A program made the position numbers and the translations under genes. 64,000 nucleotides of DNA from the NCBI GenBank assembly GCA_030605415.1, contig JAUWIJ010000003.1, positions 4,441 to 68,440 of the forward strand, given 5' to 3'. Position 1 is the first letter of the stretch. The number at the start of each line of letters is the position of its first letter. This DNA comes from an archaeon (GTDB lineage Archaea; Nanobdellota; Nanobdellia; Pacearchaeales; GW2011-AR1). The notes below the pieces were generated by a model, which made no database searches, was not told the origin of the DNA, and saw only the letters and a program-made list of their open reading frames with translations. Positions 26,732 through 36,156 of the stretch are shown here, piece by piece.

Positions 26732-27472
26732 ATGACAACCCAATCAAAAATTTCCACAGGTTCATTAGATTTGAACAAATTTCTTTCCGGCGGATACGAA
26801 ACCGATATCATCACAACGCTCTACGGTCCAGGTGGTTCAGGCAAATCAAACCTTTGCATCATCACCGCAGCTTTTCAGGCGCAAAAAGGAAACAAAATAA
26901 TTTTTGTAGACACGGAGGGAGGATTTTCCACAGATAGATTTAGGCAGATTTATCAGGGGACAAAAGAAGAAATAGAAACAGCATTGCAAAACATTTTACT
27001 TCTAAAGCCAACATCTTTTAAAGAACAAGAAGCCGACTTTCAAAAATTATTGACTCACATAAAAAAAGAAAATATATCACTGATTATTATAGATTCAATA
27101 GCAATGCTTTATCGACTTGAACTTGGGGATGCGATAACTTCAAAAGACAGCGAAAAAATTTCCGAAGTAAACAGAAAACTCGCAAAACAATTAAGGTCAC
27201 TAAACGAAATTGCCAGAAAACAAAATATCCCAATTATAATAACAAATCAAGTATATGCGTCGTTTACCCAAAACTCCGAAGACAAAAACTTCGAACGGCA
27301 GGTTTCAATGGTTGGTGGCGACCTTTTAAAATATTGGAGCAAGTGTTTAATAGAACTCAAAAGCTATGGCGGCAGAAGAAAAATTATTTTAAAAAAGCAT
27401 AGAAGTCTTCCCGTTAAAGAACTGGCCTTTGAAATCGTTGAAGCTGGGATTAGAAAGCGGGGAATTTTTTAA
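26732..27472 (+). CDS. radB: RadB-type RecA-family ATPase
   Basis: TGSLDLNKFLSGGYE..LYGPGGSGKSNLC (Walker A) and VDTEGGFSTDRF. There is no N-terminal HhH domain, so RadB is preferred over RadA. Confidence 0.7.
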   Translation: MTTQSKISTGSLDLNKFLSGGYETDIITTLYGPGGSGKSNLCIITAAFQAQKGNKIIFVDTEGGFSTDRFRQIYQGTKEEIETALQNILLLKPTSFKEQEADFQKLLTHIKKENISLIIIDSIAMLYRLELGDAITSKDSEKISEVNRKLAKQLRSLNEIARKQNIPIIITNQVYASFTQNSEDKNFERQVSMVGGDLLKYWSKCLIELKSYGGRRKIILKKHRSLPVKELAFEIVEAGIRKRGIF

Positions 27473-28275
27473 TCAAAGGGGGAAACAAATTTAATTTTTC
27501 GTTCATTTTTAGGTATATTTACAATTATGGATTTTGCCATTTGTTCATCAACTAATTTATTGCCAACATAAACTTGAGTTTCTTTTGGTCCTGGTCCTCC
27601 AATATATATTCTTCCCGAATAATTTGTTGTCCAAATTGTTCCCTTTTTGCCATTATTATCAAAAGGAGAATGTCCAGAACGAAAAAAAACACCAGAATTT
27701 ATTTCAAGATAATTGCCAAAATCAATCTGTTCCCCTTTTTCTGGATTCCAAATTGCTCTTCCTTTATTCCATTTTTCATCAGAGAAAACAAATAATTGCT
27801 CAACAGGAACACAAAGGCATCTAAAAGATTTATTTAAATAAAATTTGCATTCTTCCTTAATTATTCCAGTTTCTGTAGGCAAATTCCCATAAACAGAAAG
27901 AATTTTTTGACCTTTGGATTTTGCAATATAGTCCATGAATTTTTTAACAGCGGGAACCTTATCAAATACAGAGGAGTCCCTTTTCGATTTCATATTAACT
28001 GAATGCGTATATCCTCCGGCAAAATTCCTTAAACAATAGTCCATAAATCTGTCTTCCAATTTTTCTCCATTAATCAAATGCCTATCAATTTCTATTTCTA
28101 ATTTTCCTCTTTGGTCTAATAATTTTTCAGAAGGTGAGACATCTTTATCAGCATAAATTTTTTCTATTTTTGTTTGAACCCCTATCAATTCATTAAATTT
28201 TTTCTCTAATGTTCCTTTATAAAATATTGGACAAGTAAATCCATTTTTAAATAAGGGTTGACTTCTTGCTTCCAT
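27469..28275 (-). CDS. hypothetical protein (268 aa)
   Basis: Clean ORF with a TATA at 28297-28306. No family recognised. Confidence 0.4.
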   Translation of the reverse strand: MEARSQPLFKNGFTCPIFYKGTLEKKFNELIGVQTKIEKIYADKDVSPSEKLLDQRGKLEIEIDRHLINGEKLEDRFMDYCLRNFAGGYTHSVNMKSKRDSSVFDKVPAVKKFMDYIAKSKGQKILSVYGNLPTETGIIKEECKFYLNKSFRCLCVPVEQLFVFSDEKWNKGRAIWNPEKGEQIDFGNYLEINSGVFFRSGHSPFDNNGKKGTIWTTNYSGRIYIGGPGPKETQVYVGNKLVDEQMAKSIIVNIPKNERKIKFVSPFD

Positions 28276-28296
28276 AATTACTAAAATAAACTCCTC

Positions 28297-28306
28297 TTTA
28301 TAAAAA
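28297..28306 (-). promoter_or_regulatory. TATA-like box for 27469..28275
   Basis: TTTTTATAAA on the minus strand, 22-31 nt upstream of ATG 28275. Confidence 0.45.
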
Positions 28307-28316
28307 TTATTATACT

Positions 28317-30581
28317 CTACTTCTTCCCAACCTTCTTCTTAACCACCTTCTTAACCACCTTCTTTTTTTCAGCATGATTCACAATTTTCCCATCAACAAT
28401 CTCAACCTCGCCACTCGCCAACTTTGCCTTAAACTCAGCTTTCTTTTTCTGCAACTCTTCATTCGTCGAACACTCAGAGTTAAAACAAAACTTCCACGGT
28501 GCTCTACCTTTTTGAAAACTAACAATTAGAGGAAACCCGCATTCCCCACACATTTCCAACTCCTCCCCCTCCGAACCCCGCTCCCCAGCTCCCACCCCCC
28601 GCGTCCTCGCAGGACGCATCATTCCTCTCGGTGGCAAAGAATAAGTCGTTTTACAATCAGGGTAAGCGTCGCACGAAACAAAATATCTCGAAAATCTTTT
28701 CCCATACATAACCCTCAATTTTCCCTTATGGCACACAGGACACTCAGACATAGTATTTGTTTCCTTCTCCTGTTCCCATACAATCGCATTCGCATCAGCC
28801 AAACTCTTTCCCATCGCATCCAGATTTCTAGTCATCCCCTTCGCAATTTTCGTTACCGATTTCTTCGCCTCATCCAAAATCTTTTTCTCTTTTTTCGCCA
28901 AATTTTTCTTTCCCTTCAACCCCTCGATTTTTTCCAACTCTTCAGTCATCTCTCTCGTCAACTCTTCATCCAAAATAATCGGCGCATACTTCCCGAGCGT
29001 TTCAACCATTTTCATTCCAAGCTCCGTAACTTCAATACTTTTTTCTCTAACATATCCACGAGAATACAAAGTCTCAATAATTGCCGCCCGAGTTGCCTTC
29101 GTTCCAAGTCCTCGCTTTTCTAATTCTTTAACCAACGAAGCAGCAGAATACCGACGAGGTGGCTTAGTTTCTTTTTCCTCCGTCCGAATTTCCAGAACAT
29201 CAACATTGCCATCTATCGTAGGCACATTTGACTCTTTCGTGGAATGCGAATAAACATTCATCCAACCTTTCTCTTTAATCTGCACGCCTCTCGCCTTAAA
29301 ATCTAAATTGTTAACAACAACTTTAATATTTTTATTTTCAACTTTCGCCGAATCGCAAAAACAAGAAATAAATCTTTTCACAATCAAATCATAAATTTTT
29401 TTATCCCTTTCAGCAATCTTTTTAGCCTCGCCTGTAGGATAAATCGCAGGATGCGCCGGGTCGGTCTTTTTTCCCTCGGTCGGTTTCGCATTAACGGCAT
29501 ACTTAACCTTCGATGTCCATTTTTTCAACCGTTTCAAAATTTTTCCATAACCAATAGATTTATCATACTTCTGACTTGAAGTTCTTGGATATGAAATAAG
29601 TCCAGAGAGATAAAGATTCTGTGCCGCCTTCATGGTCTGCGAAGGAGTCCACCCGCAATTTTTATAAGCCTCAATTTGCAAAGTCGTCAAATCAAAAGGC
29701 GCGGGCGGAGCAACAACATCTTCTTTAATTATAGTAGATGCAACTCCGCTTTTCCCCTGCAAATGCTTAAACTTCAACAACTCACCTTTATTAAAAATAT
29801 CTTTCGGATGCTTAACCTCGACTTTCTGATTCTTAATATCTTTCACTTGCAAAAATATCTGCCAATATGGTTCCGACTTAAAATCCATAATCTCTTTCTC
29901 TTTATCTGCAACAATTTTTAATGCAGGACCTTGCACCCGACCAATCGACAAAATCCTAAAAGTCCCAGTTGAAGACAGCGCTTTCATTAAACCTCTCGAC
30001 AAGTTAATTCCATAAAACCAATCAATATAATGTCGGGTTTCTCCCGCAATCGCCGCGCCCCAATTAAGCGTCGGCAACAAATTCTCAAACGATTCATCCA
30101 ACGCCTCTTTAGTCAACAAAGAAAACTTCATCCTGTTAACATCTTTCTGCTTACAAATAAAACGCGCGACATTCCACCCAATAACCTCGCCCTCAACATC
30201 AAAGTCCGTCGCTACAATAAACTCATCGGCTTCTTTTGCTAATTTTTTTAAGACGTTCAAATATTTCTTCGTAAAAGCCCCACCCTTTTTCTGATGTGCA
30301 GGTTGCCACTTAACCTCAAAATTAGGAAACGGTCCCCTCTTCGCAATCTGCTGAATCCCAAACAAATGCCCAACCGCGCACCCAACAATATATCTTTGCT
30401 TCCCCTTGTAAAATTCATAATACGAAACCTTATCTTTATTAGTAATTTTCTCGTCCGTCGCCCCACTTAACGCCGCCGCAATTTTCGCCGCCGCCGCCGG
30501 TTTCTCCGTAATAATTAGGGTAGTGTTTTTGCCCTGACTTTTTTGGGGTACATTATTATGTGTAGTTTTCTTTTTTGTCAT
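28317..30581 (-). CDS. topA: type IA DNA topoisomerase with C-terminal zinc ribbons
   Basis: Toprim motifs are LIITEKPAAA and DFDVEGE. The active-site Tyr context is ISYPRTSS. The Zn ribbons are CPVCHKG...CDAYPDC and CGECG. Confidence 0.9.
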   Translation of the reverse strand: MTKKKTTHNNVPQKSQGKNTTLIITEKPAAAAKIAAALSGATDEKITNKDKVSYYEFYKGKQRYIVGCAVGHLFGIQQIAKRGPFPNFEVKWQPAHQKKGGAFTKKYLNVLKKLAKEADEFIVATDFDVEGEVIGWNVARFICKQKDVNRMKFSLLTKEALDESFENLLPTLNWGAAIAGETRHYIDWFYGINLSRGLMKALSSTGTFRILSIGRVQGPALKIVADKEKEIMDFKSEPYWQIFLQVKDIKNQKVEVKHPKDIFNKGELLKFKHLQGKSGVASTIIKEDVVAPPAPFDLTTLQIEAYKNCGWTPSQTMKAAQNLYLSGLISYPRTSSQKYDKSIGYGKILKRLKKWTSKVKYAVNAKPTEGKKTDPAHPAIYPTGEAKKIAERDKKIYDLIVKRFISCFCDSAKVENKNIKVVVNNLDFKARGVQIKEKGWMNVYSHSTKESNVPTIDGNVDVLEIRTEEKETKPPRRYSAASLVKELEKRGLGTKATRAAIIETLYSRGYVREKSIEVTELGMKMVETLGKYAPIILDEELTREMTEELEKIEGLKGKKNLAKKEKKILDEAKKSVTKIAKGMTRNLDAMGKSLADANAIVWEQEKETNTMSECPVCHKGKLRVMYGKRFSRYFVSCDAYPDCKTTYSLPPRGMMRPARTRGVGAGERGSEGEELEMCGECGFPLIVSFQKGRAPWKFCFNSECSTNEELQKKKAEFKAKLASGEVEIVDGKIVNHAEKKKVVKKVVKKKVGKK
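28556..28617 (+). repeat. GC-rich element inside the topA zinc-ribbon region
   Basis: The sequence is ccaactcctccccctccgaaccccgctccccagctcccaccccccgcgtcctcgcaggacgc, including the palindrome GCGTCCT-CGC-AGGACGC. It encodes ARTRGVGAGERGSEGEELE. Confidence 0.7.
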
Positions 30582-31387
30582 TATATATTATCCAGAGGAG
30601 ACTTTATATTTTTAATTGATGCTTGAGAAATATGTGTATAAATTTGTGTCGTCTTAATATCGGAGTGTCCGAGAAGTTTTTGTATAATTCTCAAATCAGT
30701 TCCTTGTTCAAGCAAATGAGTCGCAAAAGAATGACGAAGCAAATGTGGATAAACTCTTTTTTTAATACTAGCTTTTTTTGCAGAGTTTTGAACTATTTTT
30801 TGGATGGTGTTTTTTGTGAGTTTTCCTCCACGATTAGACGGAAATAAATTTTTTTCATTAACTAATCCACAATATTTTTTTAATTCTTCAAATAAAGAAT
30901 CCGGAATTTTAACAAATCTGTCTTTTTTACCTTTGGCTAATTCAATATGAATCAAACTCTCTTCAAAATTCAAATTTTTCTTTTTTAAATTAACAATTTC
31001 ACTAACACGCAAACCACATCCATAAAGAAGCTTAATAATGAGTTTATGTTTTATATTTGAGGTGGACTTAATTAATTTTTTCATCTCCTTAGTTGTCAGA
31101 ATTTCCGGAAGAGGACTATTTTTCTTAGGATTAGGAATTTTGACTTTTTGTTTCAAAACATTTTCAAAAAAAAATTTTATTGCAAAAAGATCTTTTCTTA
31201 CACTAGATGGATTTTTCTTTTTCAAATTTAATTGAATATAATTTTTTAGAACATTTTCATTTAATCCTTTATCTTCAGAATAATCAATAAATTTACGAAC
31301 AGAAAGCAAATATCCTTTAACAGTTTGTCTAGAGAAGCTTCTAATCTCTAATTCTCTTTTTAATTTCTCAATTAAACCACCCATCAA
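30581..31387 (-). CDS. xerA: tyrosine recombinase XerA-like
   Basis: The motif is RHSFATHLLEQGTDLRIIQKLLGHSDIKTTQIYTH, with an N-terminal SAM-like domain. Its stop overlaps the topA ATG (TAATG). Confidence 0.85.
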   Translation of the reverse strand: MMGGLIEKLKRELEIRSFSRQTVKGYLLSVRKFIDYSEDKGLNENVLKNYIQLNLKKKNPSSVRKDLFAIKFFFENVLKQKVKIPNPKKNSPLPEILTTKEMKKLIKSTSNIKHKLIIKLLYGCGLRVSEIVNLKKKNLNFEESLIHIELAKGKKDRFVKIPDSLFEELKKYCGLVNEKNLFPSNRGGKLTKNTIQKIVQNSAKKASIKKRVYPHLLRHSFATHLLEQGTDLRIIQKLLGHSDIKTTQIYTHISQASIKNIKSPLDNI

Positions 31388-31437
31388 AAGATAAAAAATA
31401 TTCTAATATATAAAAGTATTGTTTTTACCAGTATTAG

Positions 31438-31469
31438 AAGATTATCGATAATAAACTATCGATAATCTT
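31438..31469. promoter_or_regulatory. 13-6-13 perfect palindrome, candidate dif/XerA site or operator
   Basis: aagattatcgata-ataaac-tatcgataatctt lies 51 nt upstream of the xerA ATG. Confidence 0.4.
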
Positions 31470-31519
31470 ATGTTAATTGCAATAAATTTGGAGTCCTAAA
31501 AAATAAAAAGAGGCTTTGG

Positions 31520-32017
31520 CTAAAGTCTATCGGAAGCAATTCTAAGTCTTTCATTATAGGGGATAAGCAAGTCATCTGGTATTTCAATTCCTTTTTTTCT
31601 TAATACATAGAATCCCATTTGGTCACAAAAATCTTCTTCGCAAAATTTTCCAATTCCGGCTACATCAACCATTTTCTCCAAGTCTTTTCTAAGACCAAGA
31701 TAACAAACAGCGTGAGATTCTTCATGTGCTCTTGTTTTGATTTCAGCTACTTCAGGAGATTGATGATTATAAAAAATAATTGCTTGCCTACTCTCATTCG
31801 TTTCAGAACCTATGTGCAAACCTCCTTGGTTATGTCTTAAAACAGTCATAGGAAATCCTAATTTTTCAATAGTTTCCATATCTGTTTTATGTCCGCTATT
31901 TTGCAGAATTTCTTGAACTGTTTCTATTAAGTTGTCAGTAAACCCCAAATCATGATAAACATCATTAGATGAAATTCTTCCTTCAAAATCCAATATTTGA
32001 AAATATGCATCCTTCAT
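31520..32017 (-). CDS. hypothetical protein with an HExxH motif (possible small metalloprotease)
   Basis: 165 aa. HEESHAV is the only recognisable feature. Confidence 0.35.
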   Translation of the reverse strand: MKDAYFQILDFEGRISSNDVYHDLGFTDNLIETVQEILQNSGHKTDMETIEKLGFPMTVLRHNQGGLHIGSETNESRQAIIFYNHQSPEVAEIKTRAHEESHAVCYLGLRKDLEKMVDVAGIGKFCEEDFCDQMGFYVLRKKGIEIPDDLLIPYNERLRIASDRL

Positions 32018-32129
32018 ACTAATAAATATTAATTAATAGTATTTAAATATTTCGTTTACGTAACCACTTACTAGTTACTAATAAATAAAGTGGCGCCAAA
32101 GCCCATTAATTCTGTATTTTGATTGCTCA

Positions 32130-32340
32130 TTGTATTCGCCTGATTACGGACTCCAAATTTACTTCTTCGCTCCACTTCGTTCCGCTCGACCACGCTGCGC
32201 TCTCGCCTATCGGCTCGGGGCAATTAACAGGAATTTAACGAGAAATGGCTCGGCTCGCCATTTCTCCAAATTTGATTTTCCAGCTCTGTTTCGCTTCGCT
32301 TCACGAGGGAAAATCAAACTTCGTTAAATTCCGATTAGGC
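32130..32340. repeat. GC-rich structured element with nested perfect inverted repeats (ncRNA or MITE candidate)
   Basis: Three stems were read by eye: 32230-32240/32322-32332 (11 bp), 32241-32248/32258-32265 (8 bp) and 32271-32281/32308-32318 (11 bp). A related shorter copy lies at 36556-36628. Confidence 0.55.
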
Positions 32341-32359
32341 GTAATTCAGAAAAAGTCTT

Positions 32360-32695
32360 TTAACCATATAACGCTATTCCAACAATAATTACTAATTCAA
32401 CAACAGCCAGCGAAATATGCGTTAAAAGAATTGGCTTTTCTTCATGAACAAAACCATAAATTGCAGATATTACCGCAACAAAAAAATAAGTAATCCAAGT
32501 TAATAATGAAACTCCTACTGCGCTTTTAAGAGACCAAATAGTATATGCTTGGGGAATAGTCATAATTACAAGAATAATTCCGGCAACAAACATTAAATCA
32601 TCAAGTAATCTTTTCCATTTATTTGGATGCGGATATTTCTCGTGTTTTTGATGTATTCTCTTTCTTTTATTTATGTGATGCATTACTTGAGTCAT
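32360..32695 (-). CDS. PQ-loop / SemiSWEET-like 3-TM membrane protein
   Basis: 111 aa with three TM helices and a TIPQAYTIW PQ motif in TM1. Confidence 0.5.
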   Translation of the reverse strand: MTQVMHHINKRKRIHQKHEKYPHPNKWKRLLDDLMFVAGIILVIMTIPQAYTIWSLKSAVGVSLLTWITYFFVAVISAIYGFVHEEKPILLTHISLAVVELVIIVGIALYG

Positions 32696-32730
32696 ACCAA
32701 TATTTACAATTTAATATTATATATATTTAT

Positions 32731-32903
32731 CGGAGCTTTCAACAAAGCTCCCGATGTTGAAACCCCTAACCCCTAACTCCCAACTGCAACGTCAAAGACG
32801 TTGCCCCACAAATCCCAAATACCCAATCCCAAATCCCTCGCCCCCTTCCTTCTCCCCCCGACTACCGACCAGCGAAGCATCCGAACCCCGACAACCGACC
32901 CCC
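32731..32903 (+). repeat. composite GC-rich mosaic element downstream of the phosphoesterase gene
   Basis: It contains the hairpins GGAGCTTT-CAAC-AAAGCTCC and GCAACGTC-AAA-GACGTTGC. It also contains CCCTAACCCCTAACTCCCAACT, CACAAATCCCAAATACCCAATCCCAAATCCC and CGACCAGCGAAGCATCCGAACCCCGAC. Confidence 0.85.
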
Positions 32904-33506
32904 CTATATTTCCAAAATCTTTCCCTTCCGTCCGACCTGCACAACTTTCGTCTTCCCTATCTTATCCTCAATCCCCTCACCCTCATGAATATGCGCCGCA
33001 ATCAACAAATCAGGTTTAAAATCCTTGACAGCTTTCCTCAAAATCACATCCCCCGGAATTCCAGACAACTCCGCCGTCGTTCCACTCGCATGCAAATGCG
33101 AAACTAAAATTTTCTTCGCCGGTTTCATCTTCTCAAAATTTAGTCTTATACTTTCCAAATCCGCATCATCCAAACTCAATTTCCAATTCGGACTTCCAAT
33201 CCCGGCAATACCAACATCTCCATAAGTCACATAATAATTATGAATACTTTTTCCCTCTCTCGCCAACATCGCACATTCCTCATCAAAATCACAATTCCCA
33301 GGCACAAAAACAACTTTCTGCCCTGCCTTCCGAAACGGCTCCAAAATTCCCTTTTCTCCTTCGCTATACCCATAAATATCCCCAGCCAAAACCACCAAAT
33401 CCACTTTCTCCCGTTTCCCCTTAGCCGACAACTTCTTCGCAATATCCAAACTCCCGTGCAAATCCCCCGCCGCCAATATCCTAAGTTTTTTATTTTTAAT
33501 TACCAT
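32904..33506 (-). CDS. calcineurin-like metallophosphoesterase
   Basis: The motifs are AAGDLHG, LAGDIYG, PGNCD, SHLH and AAHIHEG. Confidence 0.85.
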   Translation of the reverse strand: MVIKNKKLRILAAGDLHGSLDIAKKLSAKGKREKVDLVVLAGDIYGYSEGEKGILEPFRKAGQKVVFVPGNCDFDEECAMLAREGKSIHNYYVTYGDVGIAGIGSPNWKLSLDDADLESIRLNFEKMKPAKKILVSHLHASGTTAELSGIPGDVILRKAVKDFKPDLLIAAHIHEGEGIEDKIGKTKVVQVGRKGKILEI

Positions 33507-33590
33507 GTTATAAATTAATCAAGAGACTTTTTAATTCTTATTAATGATTGAGAAAGAACGTTAATAAAGTTCTTATCGAATTAAAATGAA

Positions 33591-33680
33591 ACTCCCCTTT
33601 CCTCACAAATTCCAAATCCCAGTTCCCAGTTTTCCCCGTCCCCACTACCTACTACCCACTACCAACTAGTCCCGCCGACA
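33591..33680 (+). repeat. GC-rich mosaic element upstream of valS
   Basis: The sequence is CACAAATTCCAAATCCCAGTTCCCAGTTTTCCCCGTCCCCACTACCTACTACCCACTACCAACTAG. Confidence 0.8.
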
Positions 33681-33711
33681 CTTTTTTAAATAGCTTCCCA
33701 TTTCTATCACT

Positions 33712-36093
33712 ATGCCAAAACTATCAGAAATAAAAAACTGGAACATTGAAATAGAAGCAGAAATTACTCAAAACTGGAAAAAGTCAGAGTTCTTCACATT
33801 TAATCCAAAAACAAAAAAGAAAATATATTCAATAGACACGCCACCGCCTTATGTTAATTCGCCAATCCACATGGGACACGCCGTAACTTACTGCTTCATG
33901 GATTTTTTCGCACGATACCGAAGAATGAAAGGAGAAGAAGTTTTATTCCCATTAGGACTGGACAGAAATGGACTTCCGATAGAAATAGCAACAGAAAAGA
34001 AATTTAAAATTTCACCGTTTAAAATTGGCAGAGAAAAATTTGTCCAATATTGCGAGAAACTTTTGAGCGAGGCATCATCAGAATCAACCAACACTTTTGC
34101 AAAACTCGGAATTTCATTTTCATCCTATAAAGAAGGCAATACAATCGGCTCAATTTACAACACCGATTCGCCGGAATACCGAGCGCTAACGCAATCGACT
34201 TTTGCCAATCTCTATAAAAAAGGGTTAATTTACGAAGCATCCCGAATTAATAACTGGGACCCAAAACTTCGAACTACGATTGCCGATTCTGAAATTGATT
34301 ATGAAGAGATACAATCCACATTCAGCGATATTAAATGGACGGTTAAAGAAACGGGCGAAGAAATCGTAATTGGAACAACACGTCCAGAACTAATCGCAAC
34401 TTGTGGAATGGTAATTTATAATCCAAAGGACAAACGATACCAGAACCTCGAGGACAAAACTGCAATTTCCCCAATTTTCAACGAAGAAATTCCAATCAAA
34501 GCACACCCCTTCGCGCAAATTGACAAGGGAACAGGATTAGTTATGATGTGTTCAGCAGGAGACTTGACGGATATCCAATTTTTCCGAGAAATGAAACTGA
34601 CGCCAAGAATTGCAATTGGGCAAAATGGAAAGATGAACGAAAAGGCAGGGGTTCTTGAGGGGTTGAAAGTTAAAGAGGCAAGAGAAAAAATAATTGAGCT
34701 GATAAAAGAAAAAGGATTACTTGTCCAGCAGGAACAGGTGACACATAGAACTCCAATTTCTGAAAGATCAAAAGTTGAAGTTGAGTTTATTGAAATGCCA
34801 GAATTCTATCTCAAGCAAATTGATTTTAAGGATGACATGCGAAGAATAATTAAAGATATAAATTTTTATCCAAAAAATTCAAAGAAAATTTTGGATAAGT
34901 GGATTGATTCAGTTTCGATTGATTGGCCGATTTCTCGACGACGATATTATGCGACACCAGTCCCATTATGGTATTCAGATAATCTGATTGCGTTAGTTCC
35001 GCAAGGAAAATATGTTGAGCCGTGGAGACAAGAACCGCCAAAAGAATCCGAAGTTTTAGATGCAGAAACCAAAAAAGTATTAGGTGTTGTAGCAGATTTT
35101 CCAGAAAATAAATGGACAGGCGAAGAAAGAGTTTTGGACACATGGTTTGACTCTTCAATTTCTGAGTTAAGTATATTGAAATATAAATCAGATGACGATT
35201 TGTTTAAGAAGGCATATCCAGTGACACTTCGACCACAGGGAAAGGAAATCGTTCGGACATGGTTATACTACACAGTTTTGAGAGGATTTTTAGAAACTGA
35301 AAAAATATGTTTTAAAGACGTATGGATTCATCAGCATATTCTTGATGGCAAAGGAAAAAAAATGTCTAAGTCACTAGGGAACGTAATTGACCCTCAACTA
35401 ATTTTAAAAGAGGACGGAGCAGAGGCATTAAGATTTTGGGCAGCAACGGAGGGCGACTTATCAAGAGGCGACTTCACCTGCTCAAAAGAAAAAATCAAAG
35501 CCGAAAAAAAATCTTTAAACAAATTACTAAATATATCAAAATTTGTCTCGATGTTTGAAAAACCAAAAAAGAAACCAAAAATAACAGAACTCGACCAACT
35601 CTTTATTGATTATATTGAAGATATGACGCAAAATATTGACAAAGATTATGAGATCTATAATTTTAATCATCCGGCACAAGATTTAAGAAAATTTTTATGG
35701 GACACATTCGCATCGAATTATATTGAACTTGTAAAAAACAGGGTATATAATGAAAATAAAAAATTTACTAACGAAGAATCAGAATCCGCAAAATATACAC
35801 TCCACTTTTTATTGGAAAGATTACTAATTTTGCTTTATCCGATTATTCCGCAAATTACAACTTTAATTGCGAAAGAAAAAGGGATTAATATGTTAAAGGA
35901 AAAGTGGCCAGAAACAAAACTCGGAAATTCAAATCTTAAGTTAATAGACGAGTTAATTAATTTTAATGGGCAAATTTGGAAAATAAAAAAAGAAAAAGGA
36001 ATTTCTCTCCGAAATCCAATTGAAGGAATTGAAATACCGACGGAACTTGCTGAATTTGAAAAGGATTTAAAAGCGTGTCATAATATATGTTAA
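33712..36093 (+). CDS. valS: class I aminoacyl-tRNA synthetase, most likely valine-tRNA ligase
   Basis: The evidence is IDTPPPYVNSPIHMGH (HIGH region), LGLDRNGLPIE and KMSKSLGNVIDP. The archaeal ValRS-type N-terminus favours Val over Leu or Ile. Confidence 0.7.
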   Translation: MPKLSEIKNWNIEIEAEITQNWKKSEFFTFNPKTKKKIYSIDTPPPYVNSPIHMGHAVTYCFMDFFARYRRMKGEEVLFPLGLDRNGLPIEIATEKKFKISPFKIGREKFVQYCEKLLSEASSESTNTFAKLGISFSSYKEGNTIGSIYNTDSPEYRALTQSTFANLYKKGLIYEASRINNWDPKLRTTIADSEIDYEEIQSTFSDIKWTVKETGEEIVIGTTRPELIATCGMVIYNPKDKRYQNLEDKTAISPIFNEEIPIKAHPFAQIDKGTGLVMMCSAGDLTDIQFFREMKLTPRIAIGQNGKMNEKAGVLEGLKVKEAREKIIELIKEKGLLVQQEQVTHRTPISERSKVEVEFIEMPEFYLKQIDFKDDMRRIIKDINFYPKNSKKILDKWIDSVSIDWPISRRRYYATPVPLWYSDNLIALVPQGKYVEPWRQEPPKESEVLDAETKKVLGVVADFPENKWTGEERVLDTWFDSSISELSILKYKSDDDLFKKAYPVTLRPQGKEIVRTWLYYTVLRGFLETEKICFKDVWIHQHILDGKGKKMSKSLGNVIDPQLILKEDGAEALRFWAATEGDLSRGDFTCSKEKIKAEKKSLNKLLNISKFVSMFEKPKKKPKITELDQLFIDYIEDMTQNIDKDYEIYNFNHPAQDLRKFLWDTFASNYIELVKNRVYNENKKFTNEESESAKYTLHFLLERLLILLYPIIPQITTLIAKEKGINMLKEKWPETKLGNSNLKLIDELINFNGQIWKIKKEKGISLRNPIEGIEIPTELAEFEKDLKACHNIC

Positions 36094-36156
36094 TTGCAAT
36101 TGCAAATTCGGGCTCATAGCGATAATTTTATATAATACATAAATTACTGTCTCAAT

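Noticed and set aside
28317-30581. Reverse gyrase.
   Set aside because: Only the type IA topoisomerase module and zinc ribbons are present. There is no N-terminal helicase-like domain.
32761-32785. Telomere-like CCCTAACCCCTAAC repeats.
   Set aside because: They are internal, only about two units long, and embedded in a mosaic with other heptamers. They fit the dispersed element family rather than a chromosome end.
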